A DNA stretch of 63,772 nucleotides, counting the filler, from Corallochytrium limacisporum Hawaii (lineage: Eukaryota; Protista; Pluriformea): the NCBI GenBank assembly GCA_002811645.1. It is 5 parts of 5 records of this genome, joined end to end, with 100 filler letters (N's around TTAATTAATTAA, not from the genome) between each part and the next. Parts side by side here need not be neighbours in the genome. Positions count along the whole stretch, not along the records: positions 15,825 to 42,933 come from PDIP01000099.1; 4 more parts are not named here. One strand, 5' to 3'. Shown here one piece after another: positions 20,687-32,200 of the stretch (positions are counted from its first letter, which is position 1; every line of letters starts with the position of its first letter). The notes beneath the pieces were generated by a model that worked only from the letters and a program-made list of their open reading frames with translations, was not told where the DNA came from and did no database searches. Made by a program: the position numbers and the translations under genes.

Positions 20687-23124
20687 CAGTGGTGAAAAAG
20701 CCCCCCAACGGATCGGAAGGGAGGAAGGTTGGGTGGGTGAGCCAGTAAGCAAAATAACGTGGATCCAAAAAAGAAAATTCCTTTGCTTCTTTTTCCGGTT
20801 TGGCCTGCGGAATAAATGTTTCAGTGTTGAAACATTGCACTGCCCGAAATGACCGAAGGGATACCCGTAATGAAAGGGTAAACAACCAACCAATCTACCG
20901 TACCACCCACCCACCTTGTTTCTCGCTCCGGCGACCTTCTCCCCACTTCCCCACCAGATCCATTTCGTAGTAAGAACCTTATGGAGCAAACCAAACGACA
21001 GATGCGGAAGACGTTGGATACAAAGAGCGAGGGTCGAATACAAGCCGGCACACACAATATGTTACACATCTAGATGGTAGCCAAAGATGCAGAGCGGGTG
21101 TATAGACCAACCTACTGCGGAAAGATCAATTGTCGTGCATTTCACCACTGCTTGATGGTCCACGGGGAACAGACTCCATTGGAAATTGATCTTCATCGAC
21201 GTCGTTTGCTTCTTGGGTGGCTTGTAGCTGGTATTTCGAACCTGTGTGTTGCAGGCTGCAGTCAATACCGGCTCATCCCCCCTCAAGTCCACATGGAACG
21301 AGAGTTGGTCAGCATGCAGAAAAGAATCACCCTGTTATATGTTGTCTACGTTATTCCAAGGAAAAGCCATGCTTATGGTATGAATGAACGTTAGAGTAAG
21401 AGAATGGTGTCTGCTGGTGTGCGTGATATTTTGGGGCACAACGGCTTACGGCGGTAGGGTGGTTGTGGCTTGCCCCGCTACTGGTACCGCTATGTATTCT
21501 GAAGTACGAAACAATAATACGCCCCCATCGGCGCCAGCCCGCCCACCGTCCCTAGCAATTGATGTCATTGTGGACCCTCTAGTAGCAGTTTATCCTTCTT
21601 TCCTCCCTGTGCTGCGCAGGTTCACTGCACCTTGTGATTGCAACGGTTTTGAAAATTGCGTAAGTGACCTTCCGCAGGCGCATCTCCGGACATCTGTGCT
21701 TCAAGCTGGATCTATACGGAATATCCTCACTGGACATATGGACCTTGTTTCGGGTGCTATGCAAATTTGTGTATCCAAGAGGGGTACAAACAAACCGCAC
21801 GTGTCGTTATACAATACATTATCATAAGATCAGAACTGGCTCAGCATGGAAGTGACATACAACCGAATGCCATATTTGCTGTACAAAGCGTGTTGGGATA
21901 TTTGAATCGCACCGCCCAAAGGATATGTACGAAACAAGATACCACTGGTATCGTTTCCTTCAGGCCCGGATTGATTCTATCTGGTACCCACCAACGCCAA
22001 ATTTGAGCACTTTCTATTGGTGCACCATCGTTATTCTATCACATTCGGTGAATGCGCATTTCCATTGGTCGGTTCCCAATTTGGAAGTGGGGATACCTCG
22101 AACGGGCACTGGGTGGCTCAATGGAGCCAAAGGTCCCCCCCTTCCCTTCTCCCCACCCCTTCTTCCGATACCCATAATGCGCCAACTGCAAGGCTGCCCA
22201 CTCTATCCCTTGCCTTCCGTTCTCGCGGAAGGTTTTGTCCTTGATTGGTTTCGCTGAGCCATACCAATCAAGATGGCATCTGCCAAGATATTTGTGTTTG
22301 AGCAGCAGCTGCATGTCCGTATTGGTGTTGTGCTTTGCGGTCATATACCGGTGTATTGCAGAGGTCCGTTTGCATTCCTTCTTTCCTCTTCTTGCGCAAT
22401 ACCCACCAAGCAAGGCATCGAGATGTGCATGCTTGAAAGACATGTACTGCACATGGCAACCAAACACGCTTTAACATATGTGCGAAAAATTATGAAAGAA
22501 CATATTGAACACAACACTCGAAATGATGGGCTGCGCACGGGTGTTTGCCACGGCCATGCATGCATATAACCTCTTGCTGGCCCTGGCAGGCATGCCGAGA
22601 TACGCATGGACTACGTCCAGCCCCACCTTCTGTTGTGAGTTTCTACCTTATAGACTACTGCATGAATTCTCTTCTTCTATAGTCCTCATTGGGCAATGAG
22701 AAAGCTTGATTCTCTGTTGTACGATCGCGATACCCGGGGTGAATCTGATGACACAGGTAAAATAATTAGTTGTACCTAAATCTTAGTGCTTCCAAAGTGG
22801 GAAATCATGCTACTGGTGGTAGCACCCGACCAAACCGGGTGCATGAGAGTCCCAATTGAGTTCATACCATCAACAAGACTGTATTGAACGGTTTTACGGA
22901 GCGGAGACCCTGTGTGCGCCCTGAACTTCAAAACTCGATGAGCACTGGAGCTTTGGCAGATTCTTCAGACCTGTGCGAAGCATCCAGATCCTGATTCACT
23001 CATGGGTCCCTTGCTTAGACTGTAACAGATGAGAAACCATCATCGTACAGCATCGTGGACGGTGGTGCGGTGAAGTATGGATAGAAGATACGTAAAATGT
23101 AATTTGTGTTTGTTAGTAGTTATG

Positions 23125-23928
23125 TTAGGTAAAATGCGTTGGCCAGCTGTCTTCCTTTTGAGACCCCATATCCAAGCCTGGGACACCGTTGTGGAGTGAG
23201 TCAAGGTCCCGTTGTTGTTGATGACGCAGTTGTCGACGACGGTAGATTATTATAACAGCACCAATGGCCAGCCCCAAGAGTGCTATTGCTGCAACTGTGA
23301 TGCCGGCGATGACCCCAGAAGATAGGTCTGAACTGCTACTGTGTCGCTGATCACTAAGCTCGTAATCAGTGCTGTCGCCCATGAGTACCTCTGCCACTGG
23401 ATCGCCACTCTCAAGTGAACCAGTGTCATCCGGGTCATCTTCATGAGTAGACTCTGGTGTGTGTGTCGGCGTATCTTGAGGTTTGTCTGTTGTGCTTGGA
23501 TCAACTGCTGGCTTTTCACAGATACCCCGGCAATCCTCAGTGAGACTTTCAATATCACAACCGTTCTGGATCACACAGGAGGTACCCTCAGCGCACCGAA
23601 GCATTCCAATGGCGCGATATGTGGCGGATTCAGCGCAAGTCTGACCTTCAGGGACAATGTCAAAGCAAGTGGCAGTACCAGGAAAGATGCCGGCACAGTA
23701 TTGAGTGTGTGGGTCATAGCAGCATCCCGAGGCGCCCCGGGCTTCACAGAAAGACAGTCCCGCGCCACAGATCTGATCTGTGCACACGCCATTGTCAAAG
23801 CCTGAGCAGTAGATGCCTGCATCACGGTTACATTCAAAGTGACTGGAGCATGAATCGCCAACTGATTGGGCCGTGACAGACACGAACAGGTCACTGACGA
23901 AAAGAAAGGCAATCAAGTGGCAGATCAT
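23125..23928 (-). CDS. Type I cell-surface protein, paralogue of 17931-19715, with a single Cys-rich module
   Basis: Likely start is ATG at 23928 (MICHLIAFLFVSDLFVSVTAQ = signal peptide). The module VGDSCSSHFECNRDAGIYCSGFDNGVCTDQICGAG...SGCCYDP.TQYCAG.FPG.ATC aligns with the upstream paralogue. TM is VIAGITVAAIALLGLAIGAVIIIYRRR. Confidence 0.8.
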   Translation of the reverse strand: MICHLIAFLFVSDLFVSVTAQSVGDSCSSHFECNRDAGIYCSGFDNGVCTDQICGAGLSFCEARGASGCCYDPHTQYCAGIFPGTATCFDIVPEGQTCAESATYRAIGMLRCAEGTSCVIQNGCDIESLTEDCRGICEKPAVDPSTTDKPQDTPTHTPESTHEDDPDDTGSLESGDPVAEVLMGDSTDYELSDQRHSSSSDLSSGVIAGITVAAIALLGLAIGAVIIIYRRRQLRHQQQRDLDSLHNGVPGLDMGSQKEDSWPTHFT

Positions 23929-25458
23929 TGCAAATTTGAGGTGTTCTCCGTGACGGGGTTCCCAATGTACACGCTTGGTCACCGAACACCTCAATGATTC
24001 AAGAAGGAGGCCCAAATTAAGTACCATCTTCTGTGTACCCATAGTCCTAGAAGTGTCAACAACATTTTCCTGTGGCGGAATCTGGCAGTTGGCGAAGGCA
24101 ATGCACTTGATTAAAACATGGGTGAACATATACCGATCTCAAAACCGTCTTGCAGGATGATTGGTCATCCATATTTATTGCTTATTGCTGCTTGATGACG
24201 CTCGAGTAGCCATGTACTTTGTATGTCAATACAAATATCAGCGGGTGTTGGTGGATGCTACTGCGTTTGAGGCCAGTATAGACCCCCATTCCTTGCCCCT
24301 TCACCTTGGGCTGTGGCTGTGCGCAGGCCCAACTCCTTCCGTCCCCTTCCTCCTCGAATTCTGTTTGATTCGGTCCCCCTCCCTGCACACGGTGCGACCC
24401 AGAAATGGCCACCCAACCAACCAAAACGGGTAGCCGCCAGAAGGGGCAGCGCACGGCAACAAACCCCACTTCCAAACCTCCCATCTGCCCCAATGGACGA
24501 GGGACGAAGGTCGGAGGAGGCCTGTGAATGGTGACATCTACAGAACTTTTGTCGGTTCGCAGGCAGCACCATCGAAGAACACGAAGCATGCATGCTGTGT
24601 GTACATGGGATCTGAAAAAGGCCTCTTCCAGAAAATTCCCCCTGCAATGATGTATATGATCATAGAATTGAAGACAAAGTCAATGTGCCAGGCGGCAGCA
24701 CGGAGGTCACTATTTCTTGATCCCTGTTGACCATTGACCCTTGGCTTCATCCCCTGCTGACCAACTCTGCTTTAACCTCCCCTCCCCCCCCGGGGGGGGG
24801 GTTCCCTCTTTACCCGGTTCACAACAGTGACCCAGAAGTGCTCTGGTCGATCTGACGTAAGACGGGGCGGGTATGCGGCGGAATAGTCGAGTCTTCCTTC
24901 TTCCTTCCCCACTTCCCCATCTCCGTTCGGTCCATATTGGGGTTCATCCACATTCGGTACCAACTCAATATTACGAAACCAGAAGTTAAACAATCATCGA
25001 GAACGGTGGTTAAAGTAAGAGAGAGATTTTTTTCACTTTGTCCATTTAAGTTTCTATCCCCACCGTTTTTCTTCCTCGGTACTTTCACATCGGACAGTTA
25101 CTTTCCGCTTTACTATAGTTTGCCATCTTGGGCCACTCGACGGCGTGGGTGGTGTCCGAATAGATCTCGGCGAAGGTCTATTTGACCAGGTATCGATCGG
25201 TGGTGAAAACTTTACAGAACAAAGTGGGGGATAGCCGCACTCTGCATTAGCCTGCTCTGCTGTTATGAAAGGAGATACGGAATCCACCATTCTCGCACAA
25301 TCACCCAAAATAAAGCCAACGGTAGCACCGTTTCGAACACTACCATTAGCCGATGAAAACCCAAATGATTTGGCATTGGAATGCAAGTAAGTGGAACTAC
25401 GGGGTCTAATGCAGTCAGGAGGTGCTGCGGAATCGCGGTGTTGTCTTGTCCTTGGACA

Positions 25459-27522
25459 TCAAAAGAGAAATGTCTCAGTGTGAATATGCAGGCGACGATC
25501 ACAGGCGGCAGCCTTACGCACATCAGCGACCAGGCTGTCCGGACCGCAGACGGCTACGGCGGTCTCCCTTGCGGGACTGGAGAGGACTTCTAGGACAGAG
25601 CAGCGCTGGGTGCTGATCTTACACCCGGACCACACTGTGTCCTGGGCAAAGAAGCCTTGCTCATCGGAGCCCCTGAAGTAAATGTGAACGTGGACCTCAA
25701 TCTGGGCAGCCTCAGGAACATTTGCAAGCATGGACTGGATTTCGTCCAGAAGAAAACATGCCAATGGGGCGTCGCGGACACTCCAATGCAATTGTATCTG
25801 CCGCACCGGGCAAACAGACTGGGAGGCATTAGCGTTCCGAAGCAAAGGGGTGATTTCGTTCGTACTCACCTCTTGAGGTGAGCCTTCCTGTCCCTCCTGC
25901 TCCTGGTTGCTCCATGACGTGAGAACCCCCGAGAACAGAGAAAACATCGGCGTGATGCCCACACCACCGGCAAATAGCACGACGGAAGGGTAATTGCTCA
26001 CATTGAAGGGAAGAGCGCCGTAGGGGCCCTCCACCCAACCCTCAGTTGGTTGTGGCCGCTTGCCAATGGCAGCTTGATACAAGATACTTGTGAATTCCTT
26101 CATCTTCTCGTTCTTCAACGTGGTTTCGTCGTGTCTGGGAGCGTTCGGCATTCCCTCGTCATCGTCATGCTGCATGTTCTTAATGATAAAGCGCAGGCTG
26201 TTTGCCTGCGTGCTTTGGTTGCAGATACTGAAAGGATGCCACTCCCCAACCTTAAGATCCGGGAACGCCAGGAACATGTACTGCCCGGGCGCATGCTTGG
26301 CGCCTGGGCTTAACTCCAACAGAGTATGGTAGTCCCCGATGGGACGTAGGTCCTTAATCCCCATGCGGTGCTCTCTGCTGCTGATGCGTAAAACGCGATC
26401 CAGGGCGTAGAGACCCATTGTGGGGGCCAAAATGAGGGCAGCTCGGGGAATGTGGGCGACCACGAAGCCAGCGTAGACCAGAGCCAGCACTATGTGCATC
26501 CAGTAAAACACTTCAAAGACCTTGCGACGCAACGTGGGGTAACTGATAATGCCCAAGGTTAGCAACAGGATGCCGGCGACGATGCCGGGCAAGGCTGCCA
26601 CTTTGATACCTGTCCGGTAGGGGCTGAGCAGATAACTCAGGCCCTGCTCATCGATGGCGTGCAGATATATCATGGTGGCTGCATGGCCGGAAGTGAATAC
26701 AAGAGTAGTCCATCCAAGCACTCGATGGAATTCAATATTGCGTTCAAAGGATCGCCACGTGAGAACCTGGAGCACTGGATTGCGGCGCACCATCATCAGG
26801 AAGCAAAGGGAAGATGTAAGGATTGCACCGTCCGCCAGGGCACGGCTTATCGCATCCACAATGCCAGCAGCAGATAGGTGCTGGCCTGCCGCAATCTTGA
26901 TATACGTAGACAGCAGAACAAGGCCTAAGAACCATTGAACCAACTCAGCAACCGTGAGCCAAATTCCCAGTATCCCGACACTGATACGTGACGGCTGCCA
27001 ACGGGACACTATGGTTGAACTAACGAGGGTCATGCATACCAAGGAAAAGGCGATCCATTGGTACGTGTAAGCAATGAGAGGCGGTTTCAGGGCCTTGAGC
27101 TCCTCTTGGGCTTTGAGGGCCTTGTCACTGAACTTTGCACAGGGAGGGGCATGTGTCATCGAATTGTCCAGACCAGGGTGGCTAATGTTATCCATGCGAA
27201 ATGGTTTGCCGTTTTCCACCCATTCACAACAAGGATCGCCAAGTTCATGGCCATTGGTCTGTCCATCACCGTCAGAGTCAGAAAGGCACAGGTAAAGGCT
27301 CCACCCGCTGCCAGTCAAGGCATGGAAGCGGGTAAAGTCTTCACCGAATGGGTTGAGTCCACCTGTACCGTCAGGAGCATTGTGTCCAACAGCCACCCAG
27401 GCTGAATTATCTTTCGGATTAAGCACCAATGCACCATTTGGGAACTGTGGCAAGTAATTCAAGTGTCCGTGCACCAGTCCAAAAAACACTGGAGCCAAGA
27501 CCGATATCTTGGCCAGCTCCAT
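25459..27522 (-). CDS. Ferric reductase/NOX-family flavocytochrome b with N-terminal temptin-like domain
   Basis: Heme-ligand His pairs (FHRVLG...GHAA; WMHIV...VAHI), FAD motif EWHPFSI, and NAD(P)H motifs VEGPYG, LFAGGVGITP, VCGP and C-terminal ETFLF. The N-terminal PNG...VGH...LNPFGEDF...LCLSDSDGDGQTNGHELGDPCCEW...SHPG is temptin-like. The ORF-track start is TTG; the first ATG is at 27522. Confidence 0.88.
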   Translation of the reverse strand: MELAKISVLAPVFFGLVHGHLNYLPQFPNGALVLNPKDNSAWVAVGHNAPDGTGGLNPFGEDFTRFHALTGSGWSLYLCLSDSDGDGQTNGHELGDPCCEWVENGKPFRMDNISHPGLDNSMTHAPPCAKFSDKALKAQEELKALKPPLIAYTYQWIAFSLVCMTLVSSTIVSRWQPSRISVGILGIWLTVAELVQWFLGLVLLSTYIKIAAGQHLSAAGIVDAISRALADGAILTSSLCFLMMVRRNPVLQVLTWRSFERNIEFHRVLGWTTLVFTSGHAATMIYLHAIDEQGLSYLLSPYRTGIKVAALPGIVAGILLLTLGIISYPTLRRKVFEVFYWMHIVLALVYAGFVVAHIPRAALILAPTMGLYALDRVLRISSREHRMGIKDLRPIGDYHTLLELSPGAKHAPGQYMFLAFPDLKVGEWHPFSICNQSTQANSLRFIIKNMQHDDDEGMPNAPRHDETTLKNEKMKEFTSILYQAAIGKRPQPTEGWVEGPYGALPFNVSNYPSVVLFAGGVGITPMFSLFSGVLTSWSNQEQEGQEGSPQEVSTNEITPLLRNANASQSVCPVRQIQLHWSVRDAPLACFLLDEIQSMLANVPEAAQIEVHVHIYFRGSDEQGFFAQDTVWSGCKISTQRCSVLEVLSSPARETAVAVCGPDSLVADVRKAAACDRRLHIHTETFLF

Positions 27523-30500
27523 CACCGTAGCCGACAATTTTTCATTTTGTACACCTAACTTTGCCTATCTTTTAAAAATGCAAATGGAGGTTGTGCTATA
27601 ATACTGTGGAACATAGTCTTCCACAAATACCTGAGATTGAAAGTAACCCATGCCTGAGTTTACAATAGCACAACAAACATGCACGTTGCCGTTGATTCGC
27701 TCTGTGATTCACTTTCCAGTTTTAGAACGAGCGTGACCACGCACCAGCTGATACCGGCCGGTGTAGTGGCGGAAGGGAGAAGGGAGCTCGTTTGTGTTGC
27801 TAGTGGCGGCCTTACCTGTCCTGATGCTCCGTCTGCCACCCTCCTCCAAAGGTGCCACTTTTTTCATCAGTTTCTTTCTGACGGGCCCGGGGGCCCTCTG
27901 CGCAGGAAATAAGCCACCGTCCCACCCAGGGGAGTCCGCACCCCATCCTTGCAGACTGGTTGCAGGAGAGAATTGTACAGAGGGAGCGAGGAGGAAGGGA
28001 GGGTTGGGGAGCGCTTAGAACTTTTGAACGAGCGAAGTAGAGAGATAGGGGGAGAGCGAGAGACCGCCGGAAGGGGAAAATACAAACGAAAAAAAAAAAT
28101 CCCGGTGGCCGTGAATGGAAGGATGAGGACGGTTTTGTGTGTGATGCATTGTCACTAGGAAAAGTCTGTGGGAGGAAGAGGGACACTGGCCTTGGGTGAA
28201 AACCAACAGGGATCTGGGCGACTGCAAGAGAGATAAGTTTAGTGGCGACGGTGTAGGGCACTTGGGTGCCAGTGCCGGCTACCGCAGTAGCGGGACCCTC
28301 GGGATATACTTTGTATCGATGGCACACACACAGATCTCGTGCTGAAGAACAAATATTTCTCCCGGTAGTATCGCGGAGCTAAGCCAATGGTTTTGAGCAG
28401 GGGCCCCTTGCAGCCGATGAGAGTTTAAGTTCTTTTTCCGTTTCGTTCGAGAATTGGATGGGTCCCGCCTCTGACCAAGTTCTTCGGCTGGGGTGAAGGG
28501 CCGGTAGGGCCAGTGAGTGATCTGTGCCAGCCTACCAACTTGGCTCAAGCTGTGGACTACACTGCTCCTTTTTCGCGTCCCCCAAAGCTTTCTTGCTTAG
28601 CCGAGCTCCAAGCCTGAACCATTAACCTTCTGCCAAGTCAACGCTTCAGAGAGACTCATGACCACAAAGCCTGCTTACACGCATGGTCACCTAATGATGT
28701 GAGTTCACTAGTAAATTGAGAAATCGGCACTGAGCTGAACGCTCATCTCCAAATATTTCTGAAGTGGATACGGAAAGGAACAAGGGAGAATGCCGCCAGG
28801 TCGCCAGCGTGTGCGCAGTCCCCATGTGACAATGGCACTGTAGTATTTCATCGGCGGTCACAATTGACAGATACAATACAGAGCGGGGGGCCGTTGACAA
28901 ATCTCAGATACCAGAGCCCAGTATGGGTTTTAGACATCTTTTGGCCGGAGCGCAACAGATCGGAGAGAAAGAAACGAGACGGAGAGCGAGAGTGTGAGAG
29001 ACCGGAAGAAGTCCCTTGGACAAAATGACCTGGACAGCAGTGCGCGTGCGGACGCAGCTTCGACCATGAGGATTCGTGACGCAGTGCGAGTGTTTGTGTA
29101 TTACGCGTCATTGTGTATCTCCAGCGGTCGCGCATGTAAACAGTTGAATGTGCTTCATTCATAACACGACATCGAACTTTAACAACCCGCTAGATAAGGG
29201 CCTCCCTTTGACTGCTTAGATGAGTGAACATTGTCCTTCGTCCATGATGTCGTTATTAATGTGATTGTGCGCGGGACTATGTAAATACAATTCCGTTACC
29301 AAAACACATTGATGAGTTCTCATGGTATTTGATGGGAATATGCAATGAGACCAAAAAAAGGGCACATGTGGTGTTTACTATTTGTACTGAATATATTGAA
29401 GGGCTTGTCAAAGGGGATCCGGTGTAGCGGACATCCCCCGTGACCCGCCCAACACGCCAGGCAGAGCATGTAGCCCGGTCCCGTAGCCCGACCGCGTCTT
29501 ACGGTATAAAATGGGCACCACTCTATAAGACGACGCATTTCCGATTATTCTGCGCAACCGGGTCATGCGTTGGACTCGGAAATGCGAGAAGGGTGGAGTT
29601 TAAAAACTTCGCAATTGGTGTGACATGACGTGCTATGATGTGCTGCAGTTTGGATAGCTTTCACCGACACGAGCGACTTGATTGAAAACATGTAACAAAA
29701 CTGAGTCATCGCGCCTAACTATTGCGAGTTGCAGCGAGTTGCCAAGTAATTCTGTCCAGCATCCGGGGTCCTCAGAACAGTCATCCTCAAGTCAACATGA
29801 AAGGAGTGACCAACTGAAGTAAGAGCGATGGCAGATATCGTGCTTGTTGTAGCGATGTGATACTTTGGAAGCATCTGAAAACCCGGACGAAAGTTTGATC
29901 GTAGGATTGGTCCGAACTAGTGCTTCAAACTCCTGTTGAAGTTTACAATTCACAAGCCGGGCTTTATTCTGCAATCAACTTGACTTCGGGAACCTCAGAC
30001 ACATCTGCTCACTGGATTCTTGGACTCCTTATTATGTAAGCATGACTCGGTAGAAAGCCGATATCCGCATAAACAGGGACGGGGAGACGCTCAACTCGCT
30101 GGCAATGAAAGCGCGAGTGGAGCCAATGTTACTTCCTAGTAGAGCGATTTCAACCGACCATTGGAAGGAACCTTTAACCAACCCCCTCTCGGCCTTCCAG
30201 AAATAGACTTCCATTGTGGTGATTAGAAATTGGTGGGTTTCAGAATCCCACTTTCCGCTGCTTTTGTCGCGGCCCCATAGCGACTGACGACATATCACAA
30301 AAAATGTCAGAAAAGCACATCATATATTTCTAACCAAGAACACCCCACGCCGAACACCCAAGACTTTTCTACAATGATCCCTCCGAATTTCTAGTTCACA
30401 CCACAAGTACCTACCCACTAACAGCGGTCGAACAAAGGGGCTCCGTTCTAAGCATCACACTCAACGATGATTGACGCAGGAGCGAGCATACTAGACATGG

Positions 30501-32200
30501 CTCAAGCTTACTCGGTCATGAACCTCTATGAGCACGCCAGCAAGCCAAAACTGTATAGCACCGCGATAGCAACTACTTTGAATAATCCCGCTGGCATGGT
30601 TCGTTGCAGTACGCTTTCCAAACGCGTCGGTGGGCATCCCAGGTTACGTGAACAGAAACACAGGAGAAAGAACGTGGTACCACAGAGCCAAGGCGACAGA
30701 GTTCTTCTGGCAAACAGTGGTAGGAACCAAAAGTACCATTGATAAAGTTTTTAAAGATACCATAGCCTTAGTCCAATATGGCAACGGATCGGCTAAAGAA
30801 GGAAGGTTAGGTTAAAAGCAGAGAGCCTCTATCCTCGGACCCAGTTTGCGCAAGCCACATTCGCTGGCTTCAACGGCGCCCGTAAACACGTGCAAAGGAG
30901 CAAGCAGTTGAAATGGGCGCTCCATCATATCCAAAGTGAGTGTTTCCCTTCCAAGAAGCACGAAAATCAGCAACCCTTTGCGGTCGAATGAAATGGCAAG
31001 AGGGGTGGGTCCCGGCGTCACAGTTCAACAGTCTCACACGAGAATGACAGCATTTAGAAATCAAAAAAGGATTTCTGAAACCCAGCCAAATACACTCCTT
31101 GTGGCGCTTACTGAAGTGCAGGCGTATTGGCATTGAGAAACTTCCGCCAAGTCTGTATCACATCATTTGCCAACCCATATTGGTGGAGGAAGTGGGCAGT
31201 ACATGTTTAGCAACCTCATTTCACTCGTCGGATTTGAATACGCACAATGTTTCTGTTCATGCCCCGTACCGGTGACACGGACACTGCTCGAGCCGGTAAA
31301 TCATACTTTCCTACTCAGATGGCGAGCGTGATATGGGATTGAATATGGATGAGATGCTGAATCGAACTAGGGGACAAACATGCTCGAGATTTGTTTGTTC
31401 TGCCTGTTATTCCGTCCGTGAACAGGACAGGACGGCCCCAATTCGATCAACACTAGCGTCTTCCATCTCCTTAATAGATGGATCGGAAATAAGTCTACTT
31501 ACTAAGTTAACAGGACCATGCGCTGTCATTACTGACAATATCGTTTTGTAATATTTGGAATTCGGAACACTCATACTTTCAAGTTAGGTCGCTTGTCTTA
31601 GAGATTTGTCACGAGTGACCAGGTGGTACGCAGAAGTTCTACACGAGTAGTGTATGGGAGTGTAGCACAGAAACCTTCGAGAGAAATCAGCCAGCGATAT
31701 TCAACTTCAGCGAGGCAGGATTTCTTGGCCTTTACACTCTTTCCCCGTTGGGTGCATGTATGAGAATGTAAAGGCCTATAGGATGTTAGGGACTTCAATA
31801 TTGTACTTCACACTGTGGCCTTGCGGGGATTGTATTGGCATCCAAATGCAAGGGCAGTTCTCATTTTCTCATCCTGGAGCTTTGCGTGAACGAGAGCATG
31901 GATATACCGGCAAGGGAAGGATGTGGCGAAACTTGTTCTTCTAGTCGCCAGGCATCCTCTACTGACTTTACATTACCCATGCTAAGAATATTTTAATATC
32001 CGGCCTAGACTGCGCAGTAGGACGAGAGCTGCTGTAGCTACCCGCCGTGTCATCTTTTCATGGCTGTGTCGCTTAAGGTTGGCTAGTCCGCGAACTCACG
32101 GGGTGCTTAAGGGGTTCACACGAATCGAATCGTTGAATGGACTTCTGGACACCACGCACCGTCCGTCTAGCACATATGCGTTGATGACATCAAATATACA

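Noticed and set aside
30936-31136. PNTLLVALTEV resembling an endonuclease/exonuclease/phosphatase motif (retroelement relic)
   Set aside because: Single short motif with no accompanying reverse transcriptase or endonuclease motifs.
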